IMG/VR virus record: IMGVR_UViG_3300029268_000005
Source: an uncultured virus (IMG/VR IMGVR_UViG_3300029268_000005)
Taxonomy: Duplodnaviria > Heunggongvirae > Uroviricota > Caudoviricetes
Reading direction: 5' to 3' (one strand)
Length of the DNA stretch: 64,000 bases
Under the pieces are notes generated by a model. The model was not told where the DNA came from. It ran no database searches and saw nothing but the letters and a program-made list of their open reading frames with translations. Positions 49,081 to 57,156 of the stretch are shown here, piece after piece (the first letter of the stretch is position 1; each line of letters opens with the position of its first letter). Made by a program: the position numbers and the translations under genes.

Positions 49081-49095
49081 TACCTATTATGCCAC

Positions 49096-49356
49096 CTAAA
49101 CGGTCTGCCGTTCAGGGGCCGTCGTGTGACCGTACTGCTCCAGCAGCGCGGTCAGCGCCTGTCGCGACGCAAGCTGCAGGCTCCGAGTCTCCTCGAAGAC
49201 CTCCGGCTCGCTCATCGCCAGATCGGCCAGCTCGTCGATGTTGATGACAAGCTGAGTGACCTTCACGACGACGTCGTTCGGGACGTCGTCACAAAGTGCC
49301 ACCTGCCAGTGCCTATGATCGGCGTCTGGCATTTCGCAGTAAACGTCGAGTAGCAT
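49096..49356 (-). CDS. Small accessory hypothetical protein
   Basis: Start moved to MLLDVY (AGGAG RBS and ACTAGCC box). Confidence 0.65.
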   Translation of the reverse strand: MLLDVYCEMPDADHRHWQVALCDDVPNDVVVKVTQLVINIDELADLAMSEPEVFEETRSLQLASRQALTALLEQYGHTTAPERQTV

Positions 49357-49394
49357 CGTGTTTTCTCCTATTACGAGGCTAGTTATGCGACACG

Positions 49395-49435
49395 AAAACG
49401 CTGCGTCCCCCATATTCTTTCGGAGGACGCAGCGT
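49395..49435 (-). terminator. Hairpin plus U-tract
   Basis: ACGCTGCGTCC / GGACGCAGCGT stem followed by TTT. Confidence 0.7.
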
Positions 49436-49478
49436 ATTGGAAGAGAATTTCGCCAGAAAAGTACACAATCTGACGAAA

Positions 49479-49949
49479 TTATTCTTTGCCAGCTGCCGAT
49501 TTGGCCCGCTTTGTGATCACGGACCACGCAAAATTGGACAATGCTTTTCCTATGTGCCAGCAAACGAATACCGACACCAGTAAGGCACCTAGAGTGCATA
49601 GCGAATCGTCACGATTCGAGCCCTCGTTACGCACTACGGCTCGCGTACGAAGGCCGTCCTCCTCTGTTAGAGCCTTGACGCTAGAGAAGCGTCCGTTCAG
49701 CTCTTGGTTGTTGCTGCTGACGTCAGTAGACAAGTTGTCTAACTTGGCCGATAGGGTGACCAGTCGAGCATCTAGCCCGCTCATGCGGGCTGCCAAAACG
49801 TTGGCCTCATCGCTGATCTTGCCCATCAGCACGTTCTGACCGGACACGACTTGCCCGGTTGTGCGGCCAATGTAGCTTGCCAGCAGCACAGAGAACAACG
49901 CAACAACAACGAGAATTACGGTGGTGTGAATAGCGGACTTGTCATTCAT
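49479..49949 (-). CDS. TM-coiled coil-TM membrane protein (paralog 1)
   Basis: N- and C-terminal hydrophobic helices with heptads between them. Confidence 0.75.
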   Translation of the reverse strand: MNDKSAIHTTVILVVVALFSVLLASYIGRTTGQVVSGQNVLMGKISDEANVLAARMSGLDARLVTLSAKLDNLSTDVSSNNQELNGRFSSVKALTEEDGLRTRAVVRNEGSNRDDSLCTLGALLVSVFVCWHIGKALSNFAWSVITKRAKSAAGKE

Positions 49950-49985
49950 CTTGAATCCCCTTGGCTAGTTAGGGCTAGAGCAAAC

Positions 49986-50561
49986 TCACGAACGTACGGT
50001 CAGCTTCTTAATAAGCTGCCATATCTTACGCGACAAGAACTTTAGTGCGTGCCAGCTAACTAGCACGCCGATAAGCACGGCAACAGTGAACCATGGAATC
50101 TCTTCCGTGCAGGTAACGACATGGTATCTCAGATTGCTTATCGAATCCTTCTGAGACACCAGTCGGTCCAGAATCCGGTAGTCATGCTCATGAGCCTCCT
50201 TCGAAAGAGTCTCGACCGATTTCTGCAGCTGCATGATCATGTCGACCGGAGGTCGTTGATCACGGAGAAGCTTTTTCATCTCCTCGTGATCCTCGGCGTA
50301 TACGCGCGCCGAGTTCTTCAGAAGGTTCTCTAATGCCGTCAACCGGCCTAGGACACTGTACACCTCGTCCAGCACTTTTTGATTATCGCTGGTAGGTGCT
50401 TTGACCGTGTCCGACGGCGCAAACACAGCCGGTGTGATGCAGTCCACGGCGCGATGTTCGCTCTGCTTGAGCCTTTCAGGCTCACTAGGTGCCAGGGCGT
50501 AAAAGCCCACGGCCACCAGTGCCATGACCAACACGACGAACAAGATCTTTTGAGTCTTCAT
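49986..50561 (-). CDS. TM-coiled coil-TM membrane protein (paralog 2)
   Basis: Start MKTQKIL; C-terminal GVLVSWHALK resembles SVFVCWHIGK in paralog 1. Confidence 0.75.
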   Translation of the reverse strand: MKTQKILFVVLVMALVAVGFYALAPSEPERLKQSEHRAVDCITPAVFAPSDTVKAPTSDNQKVLDEVYSVLGRLTALENLLKNSARVYAEDHEEMKKLLRDQRPPVDMIMQLQKSVETLSKEAHEHDYRILDRLVSQKDSISNLRYHVVTCTEEIPWFTVAVLIGVLVSWHALKFLSRKIWQLIKKLTVRS

Positions 50562-50603
50562 GAAACATTCCTTTTGGCTAGTGACGTGATGACAAAACAT
50601 ACG

Positions 50604-50993
50604 TTACGCTGATTGCTTTGCTGCCAACTCTGCTCGTGCCGCCTTCCAGGCACGAATTATGTTGCGTATGCACAGGTATACGCCCATAGCAGATAGTATC
50701 AACACGGCCGTATTCCATGTCGATTCCTGTACGATCGTGCGTGTATACACATGATCCGATGTCGCCTCCTTAGAGGCATTGGATTGTATCTCGCGCCACT
50801 TGGCGGCTGTGCTGTGTGTATCTGCCTGCAGCGTTGTAAGCTGCATTCGCACCTCGTTGATGACCTTGTCTCGCTGACGTTCAGCGGACATGATCGAATT
50901 CAGTGTACTGGTGTTCGACGACACCAACAGCAGTGTACACAAACTCATGGAGACAGTTGCCGTCATGCAGACGGACATGTATTTGCTAATCAT
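50604..50993 (-). CDS. TM-coiled coil-TM membrane protein (paralog 3)
   Basis: Same topology; YTRTIVQE resembles RTRAVVRNE in paralog 1. Confidence 0.7.
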   Translation of the reverse strand: MISKYMSVCMTATVSMSLCTLLLVSSNTSTLNSIMSAERQRDKVINEVRMQLTTLQADTHSTAAKWREIQSNASKEATSDHVYTRTIVQESTWNTAVLILSAMGVYLCIRNIIRAWKAARAELAAKQSA

Positions 50994-51151
50994 GACATCT
51001 CCTAAGGCTAGTTAGGTGGTGAAAAACTACTGGCTGAGGGACAGCAGGGCCTGCGCCCCGCAGTAAACCGTCCCGGCCAGAATCAGAAGCTTGACCACCG
51101 ACATGGCGATCACAGACACCACGCTATCTACGTGAGCTGACTTACGCATGT

Positions 51152-52141
51152 TTACTCCTTAAAGAGGGCGGGTAGTAACTGAACGGCTAGCTCCCGGCTG
51201 AGATGCAGCCGGAAGGGTTCGTTGCTGATGATCCCATGTTGAGGGCCGCGCCCAGGGATCTCAGCGACAGTTTCACGCAGGTCGATACCGTCGTGTAGGG
51301 CGGTGAATATGACCTGCTTGGTAGACAGTCGGGATGCAATTGCACCCTTTGTGCTGATGACGACCAGCACATCTGCATTCAGGTCGACAGCCGTGGCCTG
51401 TAGAATGTGGCTGTCGAACTTGTCGCTGACGTTGGATACGTCCAGCACGGCCCATCGGCGGTCGTACACCGTCGAGATGCGCATGCTGTCCAACACGTCT
51501 AACGTGTCCCGCACCACAACGTCGTGGTTCAGCGCCATGACATTCAGACGCTTCTCAGCTTCGCGGCCAACCAACATGTCCACAAACAGCTGGTAGGCTT
51601 CCTGATGGCCGCGCGCATCTTCGCGCTGCAATACGGCCGTCGACCTAACGAATAGCTGGCCGATATCTGAGAAGAGATGCAGCTTGGCCGCATAAGACGG
51701 CCCGTCCAGCCGCATCGCATCCTCAACCAAATCGACGTAGGTGAGGCCTACGGCGCGCAGTGCTGCAAACAGTCCATCGCCGTCGGCGTGAGCGATGATC
51801 ACATCTTTGTCGCCGATGCAGCCGATATCGATCAGCTGGGCACAGGCTAGAGCGTTCTTACGGGTGACACACAACGCGTCTACTAACGGCCGTGCCCGTA
51901 TTAGCTCGTATACGTCATCGTACAACTCGCTGCCGGTATCTGGTTTGTGATGGTCACGTACCATCACCTTGTGCTTCATCGCTAGGTCTGAAATCAGATC
52001 ATGGCACACCACTGGCGACAGATCGGCTATCAGAACCTTGGAGGCACCCTGGCAGCATCGGATCAGTACCGACGATATCTGTTCGATTTCAGACGGCTGG
52101 ACGAACATCGCCAGCGTCTTACGAAGCATTAACGAAAACAT
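51152..52141 (-). CDS. DHH-like phosphoesterase with permuted motif order
   Basis: VLIADL, VRDHH, then IIAHADGDG. Confidence 0.55.
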   Translation of the reverse strand: MFSLMLRKTLAMFVQPSEIEQISSVLIRCCQGASKVLIADLSPVVCHDLISDLAMKHKVMVRDHHKPDTGSELYDDVYELIRARPLVDALCVTRKNALACAQLIDIGCIGDKDVIIAHADGDGLFAALRAVGLTYVDLVEDAMRLDGPSYAAKLHLFSDIGQLFVRSTAVLQREDARGHQEAYQLFVDMLVGREAEKRLNVMALNHDVVVRDTLDVLDSMRISTVYDRRWAVLDVSNVSDKFDSHILQATAVDLNADVLVVISTKGAIASRLSTKQVIFTALHDGIDLRETVAEIPGRGPQHGIISNEPFRLHLSRELAVQLLPALFKE

Positions 52142-52172
52142 GAAAAACTCCTAGGCTAGTGTTGCGATACAT

Positions 52173-52213
52173 AAAAAAGAAAGACCGACCGGCGTTTGCC
52201 AAGTCGGTCTTTC
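52173..52213 (-). terminator. Intrinsic terminator
   Basis: GAAAGACCGAC / GTCGGTCTTTC stem followed by TTTTTT. Confidence 0.8.
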
Positions 52214-52234
52214 CGTGGCGACCTCTGAGTCGGC

Positions 52235-53068
52235 CTACAAGTCGGAATACTTATAGTCGGCTAAGAACGCCAACGCCGCCTCGCGGCGTTGCGTAGTCGG
52301 TTCGTACAGGAACCGGTGCGCCGGACTATCCGACGAAGTATTATGGTTCGACCAGAACGTCCTCAGGTCGAATCCAGACTCGGCCATAATGGCTATGTAG
52401 TCGTCTAGCCACAAGCCTGCACGCCAGCAGGCTAGCGCATGTGACGATACGCCGTCGCCGGTGTAAATGGCCGGCATCATGATGCCTCCATCTTGCTGAC
52501 GAATAGCCAGCAAAGGGAAGGCCGAAAACGACGTCATGGCCGTCAGAAGAATCTGACAGAGCCCGGCTGCTGGCAATGTTGTAGACGCCGGCAGCTGCGC
52601 TCCAATGGCCCACAGATCGTTCTGAAGACGGGCCATTGGGTTGTCCTCGAACTTGACCTCGTCGGTTTCCGGGTCAAGTAGCATGGCATGGCCGTCCGTG
52701 ACCACCGCATGTACCTGATTGCCAATCAGGCACACCTGTCGCTCTTCCGCCGTCATGGCAGCCAGCTTGGCCATCAGCTGCTCATGATCATCGAGCCTGT
52801 CATGCGACGGCACGGACCCCGTAAGGTCCGTCAGCGGAATGTCCAGACAGGACCAGTTGTTCTGATCCATTGTACGGACAACGTCCAGTGAACGACTGCG
52901 CATGACAGCCCTGGACAAAGCTGTCAGCGCTTTTGGCAGCATGGTCCTTGGCGCTTGCTGCTGGCTTCTTTCCAAGCCAACGAGCTTCTCCACCAGCACC
53001 GGCATATTGACGATGCTGATGTTCCAGGGCCACCCAAACGGGCGTTCCTTCGCAAGCTTCATACTCAT
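52235..53068 (-). CDS. Accessory hypothetical protein (start may be ATG 53062)
   Basis: 277-aa ORF; AAAGGA RBS and ACTAGCC box. Confidence 0.7.
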   Translation of the reverse strand: MSMKLAKERPFGWPWNISIVNMPVLVEKLVGLERSQQQAPRTMLPKALTALSRAVMRSRSLDVVRTMDQNNWSCLDIPLTDLTGSVPSHDRLDDHEQLMAKLAAMTAEERQVCLIGNQVHAVVTDGHAMLLDPETDEVKFEDNPMARLQNDLWAIGAQLPASTTLPAAGLCQILLTAMTSFSAFPLLAIRQQDGGIMMPAIYTGDGVSSHALACWRAGLWLDDYIAIMAESGFDLRTFWSNHNTSSDSPAHRFLYEPTTQRREAALAFLADYKYSDL

Positions 53069-53399
53069 TCCTTTACACTAGTGAGGGCTAGTAAAAATGG
53101 CCTCCGGACGGATCACTAGCCTAATCCGCCGGAGGCCCCACACCACAAAACTCAATAATAGCGCCCTGTTCTGGCTCCTATGGCCAGCACTCAGGGTCTG
53201 TTACCACGGAGTAAAACTGCAAGTTAAGAACGAAGCTAACACACTGGATACCTGTAGGGCAGGCCGGTCAACCGCAAGCGGTCCACATTTATCGGCGTTC
53301 GTTGCCCTAACAGGCTCCAGTGCCAGCGGCAGGAGCCACCGCCGTTGCGACCCCTGTGTAACTTTTTTGCCGAATTACACAGAGGTAAGCGCTCCTGAA

Positions 53400-53696
53400 C
53401 TACACTCCGTCGTTCCACCAGGCCTGCTGGCTCGGTAGCCACGTGGCCTCCTCGCGCCACGTCCGTCCACCGTTGACGTTATCACCGCCCCTGGCCACAA
53501 AGTGCGCCGACTTTGACGGGTCGATCACGCGAACAAGGTCCGGACCCGAAACGAATCCGTTGTCGCGGACTCCTTCGGTGACGCAGTTGATGCAGCAGAA
53601 CACTTGACCCCAGCAGGCACCGCTGCCGAAGTAGGAGCGGCCGTAGATGTGCCCTAACTCCCGCGTCAGGACTACCTCTTGTACGTTCGTTGACAT
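53400..53696 (-). CDS. Accessory hypothetical protein
   Basis: Start moved to MSTNVQ (AAAGGA RBS and ACTAGCC box). Confidence 0.65.
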   Translation of the reverse strand: MSTNVQEVVLTRELGHIYGRSYFGSGACWGQVFCCINCVTEGVRDNGFVSGPDLVRVIDPSKSAHFVARGGDNVNGGRTWREEATWLPSQQAWWNDGV

Positions 53697-53965
53697 CGCA
53701 AAATTCCTTTGGCTAGTGACTATAAACACAAAACAGACCGAAAGGTCTGATAATTGGCGCCTGCCGCAAGTAGGGAGACCTACGGCAGGTTCGTTGCACA
53801 GGTACCGTAGCAGGCCTGGAGTTATCCAAGCCTCCACAGCGTAAAAGCAACGAAGGACTGCAATGCCGGACTGCAGTCATAAGATGGCAGCGACCTCAGA
53901 ACTATGTCCGGTCGCCGCGTATTAAGGCGGTACTAAGCTAAAGTCGATATGCCAAGGAGATTGGA

Positions 53966-53991
53966 AGATGTAATTAGCGCTAATTACATCT
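53966..53991. promoter_or_regulatory. Palindrome copy 4 (perfect 26 bp)
   Basis: AGATGTAATTAGCGCTAATTACATCT, overlapping the expected -35 position of the TGGCATAT element. Confidence 0.9.
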
Positions 53992-54068
53992 CTGATCCGT
54001 GGCAGCGACGATAGCTAGTTAGCGCCTCCAATATAGTATGACGCGTTTTGGGCCTTTATTTACCAATG

Positions 54069-54106
54069 AAAAAAGCCGGCAGGTGCCTCATGCACCCACC
54101 GGCTTT
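54069..54106 (-). terminator. Intrinsic terminator ending the head operon
   Basis: AAAGCCGG..CCGGCTTT stem followed by a U-tract on the minus strand. Confidence 0.8.
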
Positions 54107-54124
54107 GCCAACCTTCCGTGGTTG

Positions 54125-54478
54125 TCAGACGCGGTATTCCATCTCCGAATCGGTCAGGCTCGTAAGCCAGCACGGTGCGGCGACAGCCAGCGTGTTGTTA
54201 TTCAGCACGAGCATCTGGGACTGATCCAGAGTAGCATCGTACAGAATAGGAGCAGGAGTCGACACAAGCTCAAGCCACCCAGCTTCGAGGGCCTCGAAGA
54301 ACTTCTGCACGCCACGGGCGCCGAAGATCCGACCAATGGTATCGACGACATGGCCGCTAATCGAGACTTCCTCGTTGTTGTCCAGCTCAGCCCCGTGGGG
54401 CGGCACAATGCTAATCTTGCGCTTCGAGCCGGCAACATTGCGAATGGTGGACACCAAACAGCTGATATCAACAGCCAT
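54125..54478 (-). CDS. Putative head-associated structural protein
   Basis: 117 aa, CACGGAGG RBS, follows the capsid genes. Confidence 0.6.
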   Translation of the reverse strand: MAVDISCLVSTIRNVAGSKRKISIVPPHGAELDNNEEVSISGHVVDTIGRIFGARGVQKFFEALEAGWLELVSTPAPILYDATLDQSQMLVLNNNTLAVAAPCWLTSLTDSEMEYRV

Positions 54479-54543
54479 GGTTTTCCTCCGTGATCATCCA
54501 CACTTGCTAACAGCCTCGCGGCCGTTCGAAAAAGCTGGCAATG

Positions 54544-54984
54544 TTACTGGCCAGCCGCCAAAAGTTCTTCCTGCGCAGTCTTGAGCAACAGTGCCGAATT
54601 GTAGATGGTCGGGTTCTGGGCGAGTTCCCAGGCAGCGGCCATCGCAGCATCCGTACGATTGGTCTCGTTAGCGCTCTTGATAGCGCCCGACACAGGGCTG
54701 TCTTGCAGCACATTGTGCAGAGCTTGCTCGGCCACGGCGAACGGGTCAGCCTGGGCCGGCGCTGTCTCAGCAGTCTTGGTCGCCAGCATCAACGTGGCGG
54801 CAGTATTCATCATGCGCTGAACCTGCTCCTCGTTCTCCGGCTGGTACCCTCGACTGGCGAGTTTGGAAAAGAAGACGCGCTTGTGCACACCTTCCATGAC
54901 GTTATGGAAAGCCACTTTGATAAGCTCTTCGCTATTCGGAGCTTCCTTCGGAGTGACTTCCGTATTGCTGTTCGCAGTCGACAT
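54544..54984 (-). CDS. Head-associated helical protein with KxA motifs
   Basis: Start MSTANS; VFFSKLASRG; KTAE, KSAN, KTAQ. Confidence 0.65.
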   Translation of the reverse strand: MSTANSNTEVTPKEAPNSEELIKVAFHNVMEGVHKRVFFSKLASRGYQPENEEQVQRMMNTAATLMLATKTAETAPAQADPFAVAEQALHNVLQDSPVSGAIKSANETNRTDAAMAAAWELAQNPTIYNSALLLKTAQEELLAAGQ

Positions 54985-55065
54985 GAGTTTCTCCGCAGTC
55001 GATAGCACAACGAGATCCGCCAAGGCTGATTTACATCAGCCAAGGCGGACTCGCGAGGGGTGTCA

Positions 55066-56007
55066 TCAGATGAACTCGGCTCGGGCCACGGCGTTGGTAT
55101 TGCCGATGGTGCAGCCGTTCTCTTCGTACGCAAAGAACTCAATCATGAAGGCTTTGCGCTCGATGAACATCGTGACCGGTTCCAACTCAAAATGCTTGCC
55201 AAGGAACTTCGGGTCGGCAAACAGGTAGATGTTGTTCGTCTCGACGATGTCCTTCTTGATCGTGACGATCCAGTCGATGCCCATGAAACGCTGCAGCGAC
55301 CAACCATCACGCATCACATCCATCGACAAGTCGCCGCCCATTTCGTCTCGGCGGAACTTACCAACTTCCTTGATGGTCAGCATATTGCAGACCGCCAACT
55401 TGGTCTCAAGGCAGCTGGGCGTCGAAGGCAGAATCTTCAGCATGTCCCAGAGGCTGTCGCGGTTGATCCCGCCGCCGATCTGTTCGTACTGAGCCACACC
55501 GGACGTGGGCAAAATGACACCAGGGCCAACAATAGCGTTGTTGACGGCCCGGAACCATTTGGCGTCCTCTTCCGCCAACATGTCCTTGATAGCATTATCA
55601 GAGAACACCTGGCGAATATCCATGACCCAAGTACGCAACTCGGACACGTCCTTGGTGAAGCGGGTCGTCATGATCCGCTCGAAACCAACGGGGTAGCGAG
55701 GTCCCTTGATGTACATGTTGCTGGGCAACATGGCGAAAGGAACGCTGACAGCCGCCGGAGAATCCGGTTCCTTGTCGATGATCTTGATCGGCTTGTCGTC
55801 TTCGATCATGCGGTCAAGGTCGTCGGTGATAGTCACCGGCGGGAGAATCTTTCGGAGGACGCCATCTTCACGCATCTTGTAACGCGTGTAGTCGTTGGCG
55901 GCATCCACAGCTTCTTTGCGCTGTTGCCAATCGGTAGAACCGAGCTTTTCGCAAAGCACCCGGTTGACCACCTTCGGGTCCAGGCCTTCTTCCAAAAGGG
56001 CGCTCAT
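55066..56007 (-). CDS. Major capsid protein (HK97 fold by inference)
   Basis: 313 aa after protease, scaffold and decoration genes; MREDGVLRKILPP..KDMLAEED..PKFLGK..FFAYE..IGN; start MSALL after CACGGAGG; hairpin downstream. Confidence 0.8.
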   Translation of the reverse strand: MSALLEEGLDPKVVNRVLCEKLGSTDWQQRKEAVDAANDYTRYKMREDGVLRKILPPVTITDDLDRMIEDDKPIKIIDKEPDSPAAVSVPFAMLPSNMYIKGPRYPVGFERIMTTRFTKDVSELRTWVMDIRQVFSDNAIKDMLAEEDAKWFRAVNNAIVGPGVILPTSGVAQYEQIGGGINRDSLWDMLKILPSTPSCLETKLAVCNMLTIKEVGKFRRDEMGGDLSMDVMRDGWSLQRFMGIDWIVTIKKDIVETNNIYLFADPKFLGKHFELEPVTMFIERKAFMIEFFAYEENGCTIGNTNAVARAEFI

Positions 56008-56052
56008 ATGCACCTCCGTGTTAGCTAAGTTTCAGTGGTGTCCGTACCAATA

Positions 56053-56643
56053 TCAGCTTTCGAGACCGCTGACGCTAGTCGTCAGCTTCGGCAGCCAGAC
56101 AGGCCAGAAGGCCAGGACATTGCGACGGAAAGTGTTCGCACGAACGGCGCGGCTGACCACACCGCAAATCGGCTTCTCGTAAGCAGCGGCCCTGGTAATA
56201 CGGCCACCAGTAGCGGCATCCGTGTTGCTAGCAACGGCCGTGAGGCAGTCACCAGGAGCATAGGTGTCGCCAAGAGACGACTCGGGTTCGAACTCCGTGG
56301 TCTCCAGCTCCATGGCCGCAGCGGCGGCAAAGCCACCGATGTTGCCAGAGGGCGTGGCCGCCACGTAGACGTCGGCCTCGGTGGCCGGATCGCCGCCACC
56401 GACGGTGACGTCGTTGTCGGTCGAGGTCTGGAAGAGGAAGATCGCCATGTGACCAGCCTGCACAACGTCAGGCAGCCCCATCTCGTAGTCCCCGTCCGCA
56501 TTCAAGTGAGCCACGCGACCGCCCCACACTTGGTCGATGGTCACAACAGACGCAAGCTTCGCCACGAAGTCCACCGCTTGCTGGCTCGGCCAGCCCTTCA
56601 GCGGGTTCAGACCGTGGACAGTCATTTGGGTAGGAGTCTTCAT
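56053..56643 (-). CDS. Putative head decoration/cement protein
   Basis: Directly upstream of the MCP; ELETTEF..YAPGDCLTA..ICGVVS. Confidence 0.65.
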   Translation of the reverse strand: MKTPTQMTVHGLNPLKGWPSQQAVDFVAKLASVVTIDQVWGGRVAHLNADGDYEMGLPDVVQAGHMAIFLFQTSTDNDVTVGGGDPATEADVYVAATPSGNIGGFAAAAAMELETTEFEPESSLGDTYAPGDCLTAVASNTDAATGGRITRAAAYEKPICGVVSRAVRANTFRRNVLAFWPVWLPKLTTSVSGLES

Positions 56644-56686
56644 ACTGCTGTTCCTCCGTGAAAAGAAATCGTCGGTGGACGAAAGG

Positions 56687-57133
56687 TCAGCTCGTCAGAC
56701 CAAGCTTAGACAGGAAAGCTTGATCAGCCGCGCTGGGAGCTCCACGCTCACCGATGTAGTTAGGGTTGGTTCGACCAACAGCTGAGGCGCTCTTTTCGGG
56801 AACGCCACGGCCCTGCTGAAGCATGGCCACTTTTTGCTGCAGCTCAGTAATCTGAGCGGCGTGTGCCGTACGTTCGGCTGCCAACTTTTGGCAAATACGG
56901 CGAATGACACGTAGCGTCCCAGGATGCTGGTTCAGGGTCTCTTCGGCCAGCTTCGATTCCTTCTCAGGGTCGAACAACTGCACGGAGACCATCGCCTTGA
57001 GCGCCTCAGGGATGGCCGAGGTAACTTCCGCAGCTTGCTTCTCTTGTTGAGCAACAAGGTCCGAAGCCGCAGCAGCAATCTTTCCCGTAGTCTCGACATA
57101 GCCGAGCACTTGGGTAGTCAATGCTTTATCCAT
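56687..57133 (-). CDS. Scaffold-associated coiled-coil protein
   Basis: Heptads; KQAA, KSAS; C-terminal ADQAFLSKLGL. Confidence 0.6.
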   Translation of the reverse strand: MDKALTTQVLGYVETTGKIAAAASDLVAQQEKQAAEVTSAIPEALKAMVSVQLFDPEKESKLAEETLNQHPGTLRVIRRICQKLAAERTAHAAQITELQQKVAMLQQGRGVPEKSASAVGRTNPNYIGERGAPSAADQAFLSKLGLTS

Positions 57134-57156
57134 GGAATCCTCCGCAATATCGATGC

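Noticed and set aside
49356..53746. Integron cassette array (GTTAGG/GTTATG next to the boxes)
   Set aside because: GTTRRRY-like cores occur at only three of seven sites and on the wrong strand; no attC inverted structure or integrase was seen.
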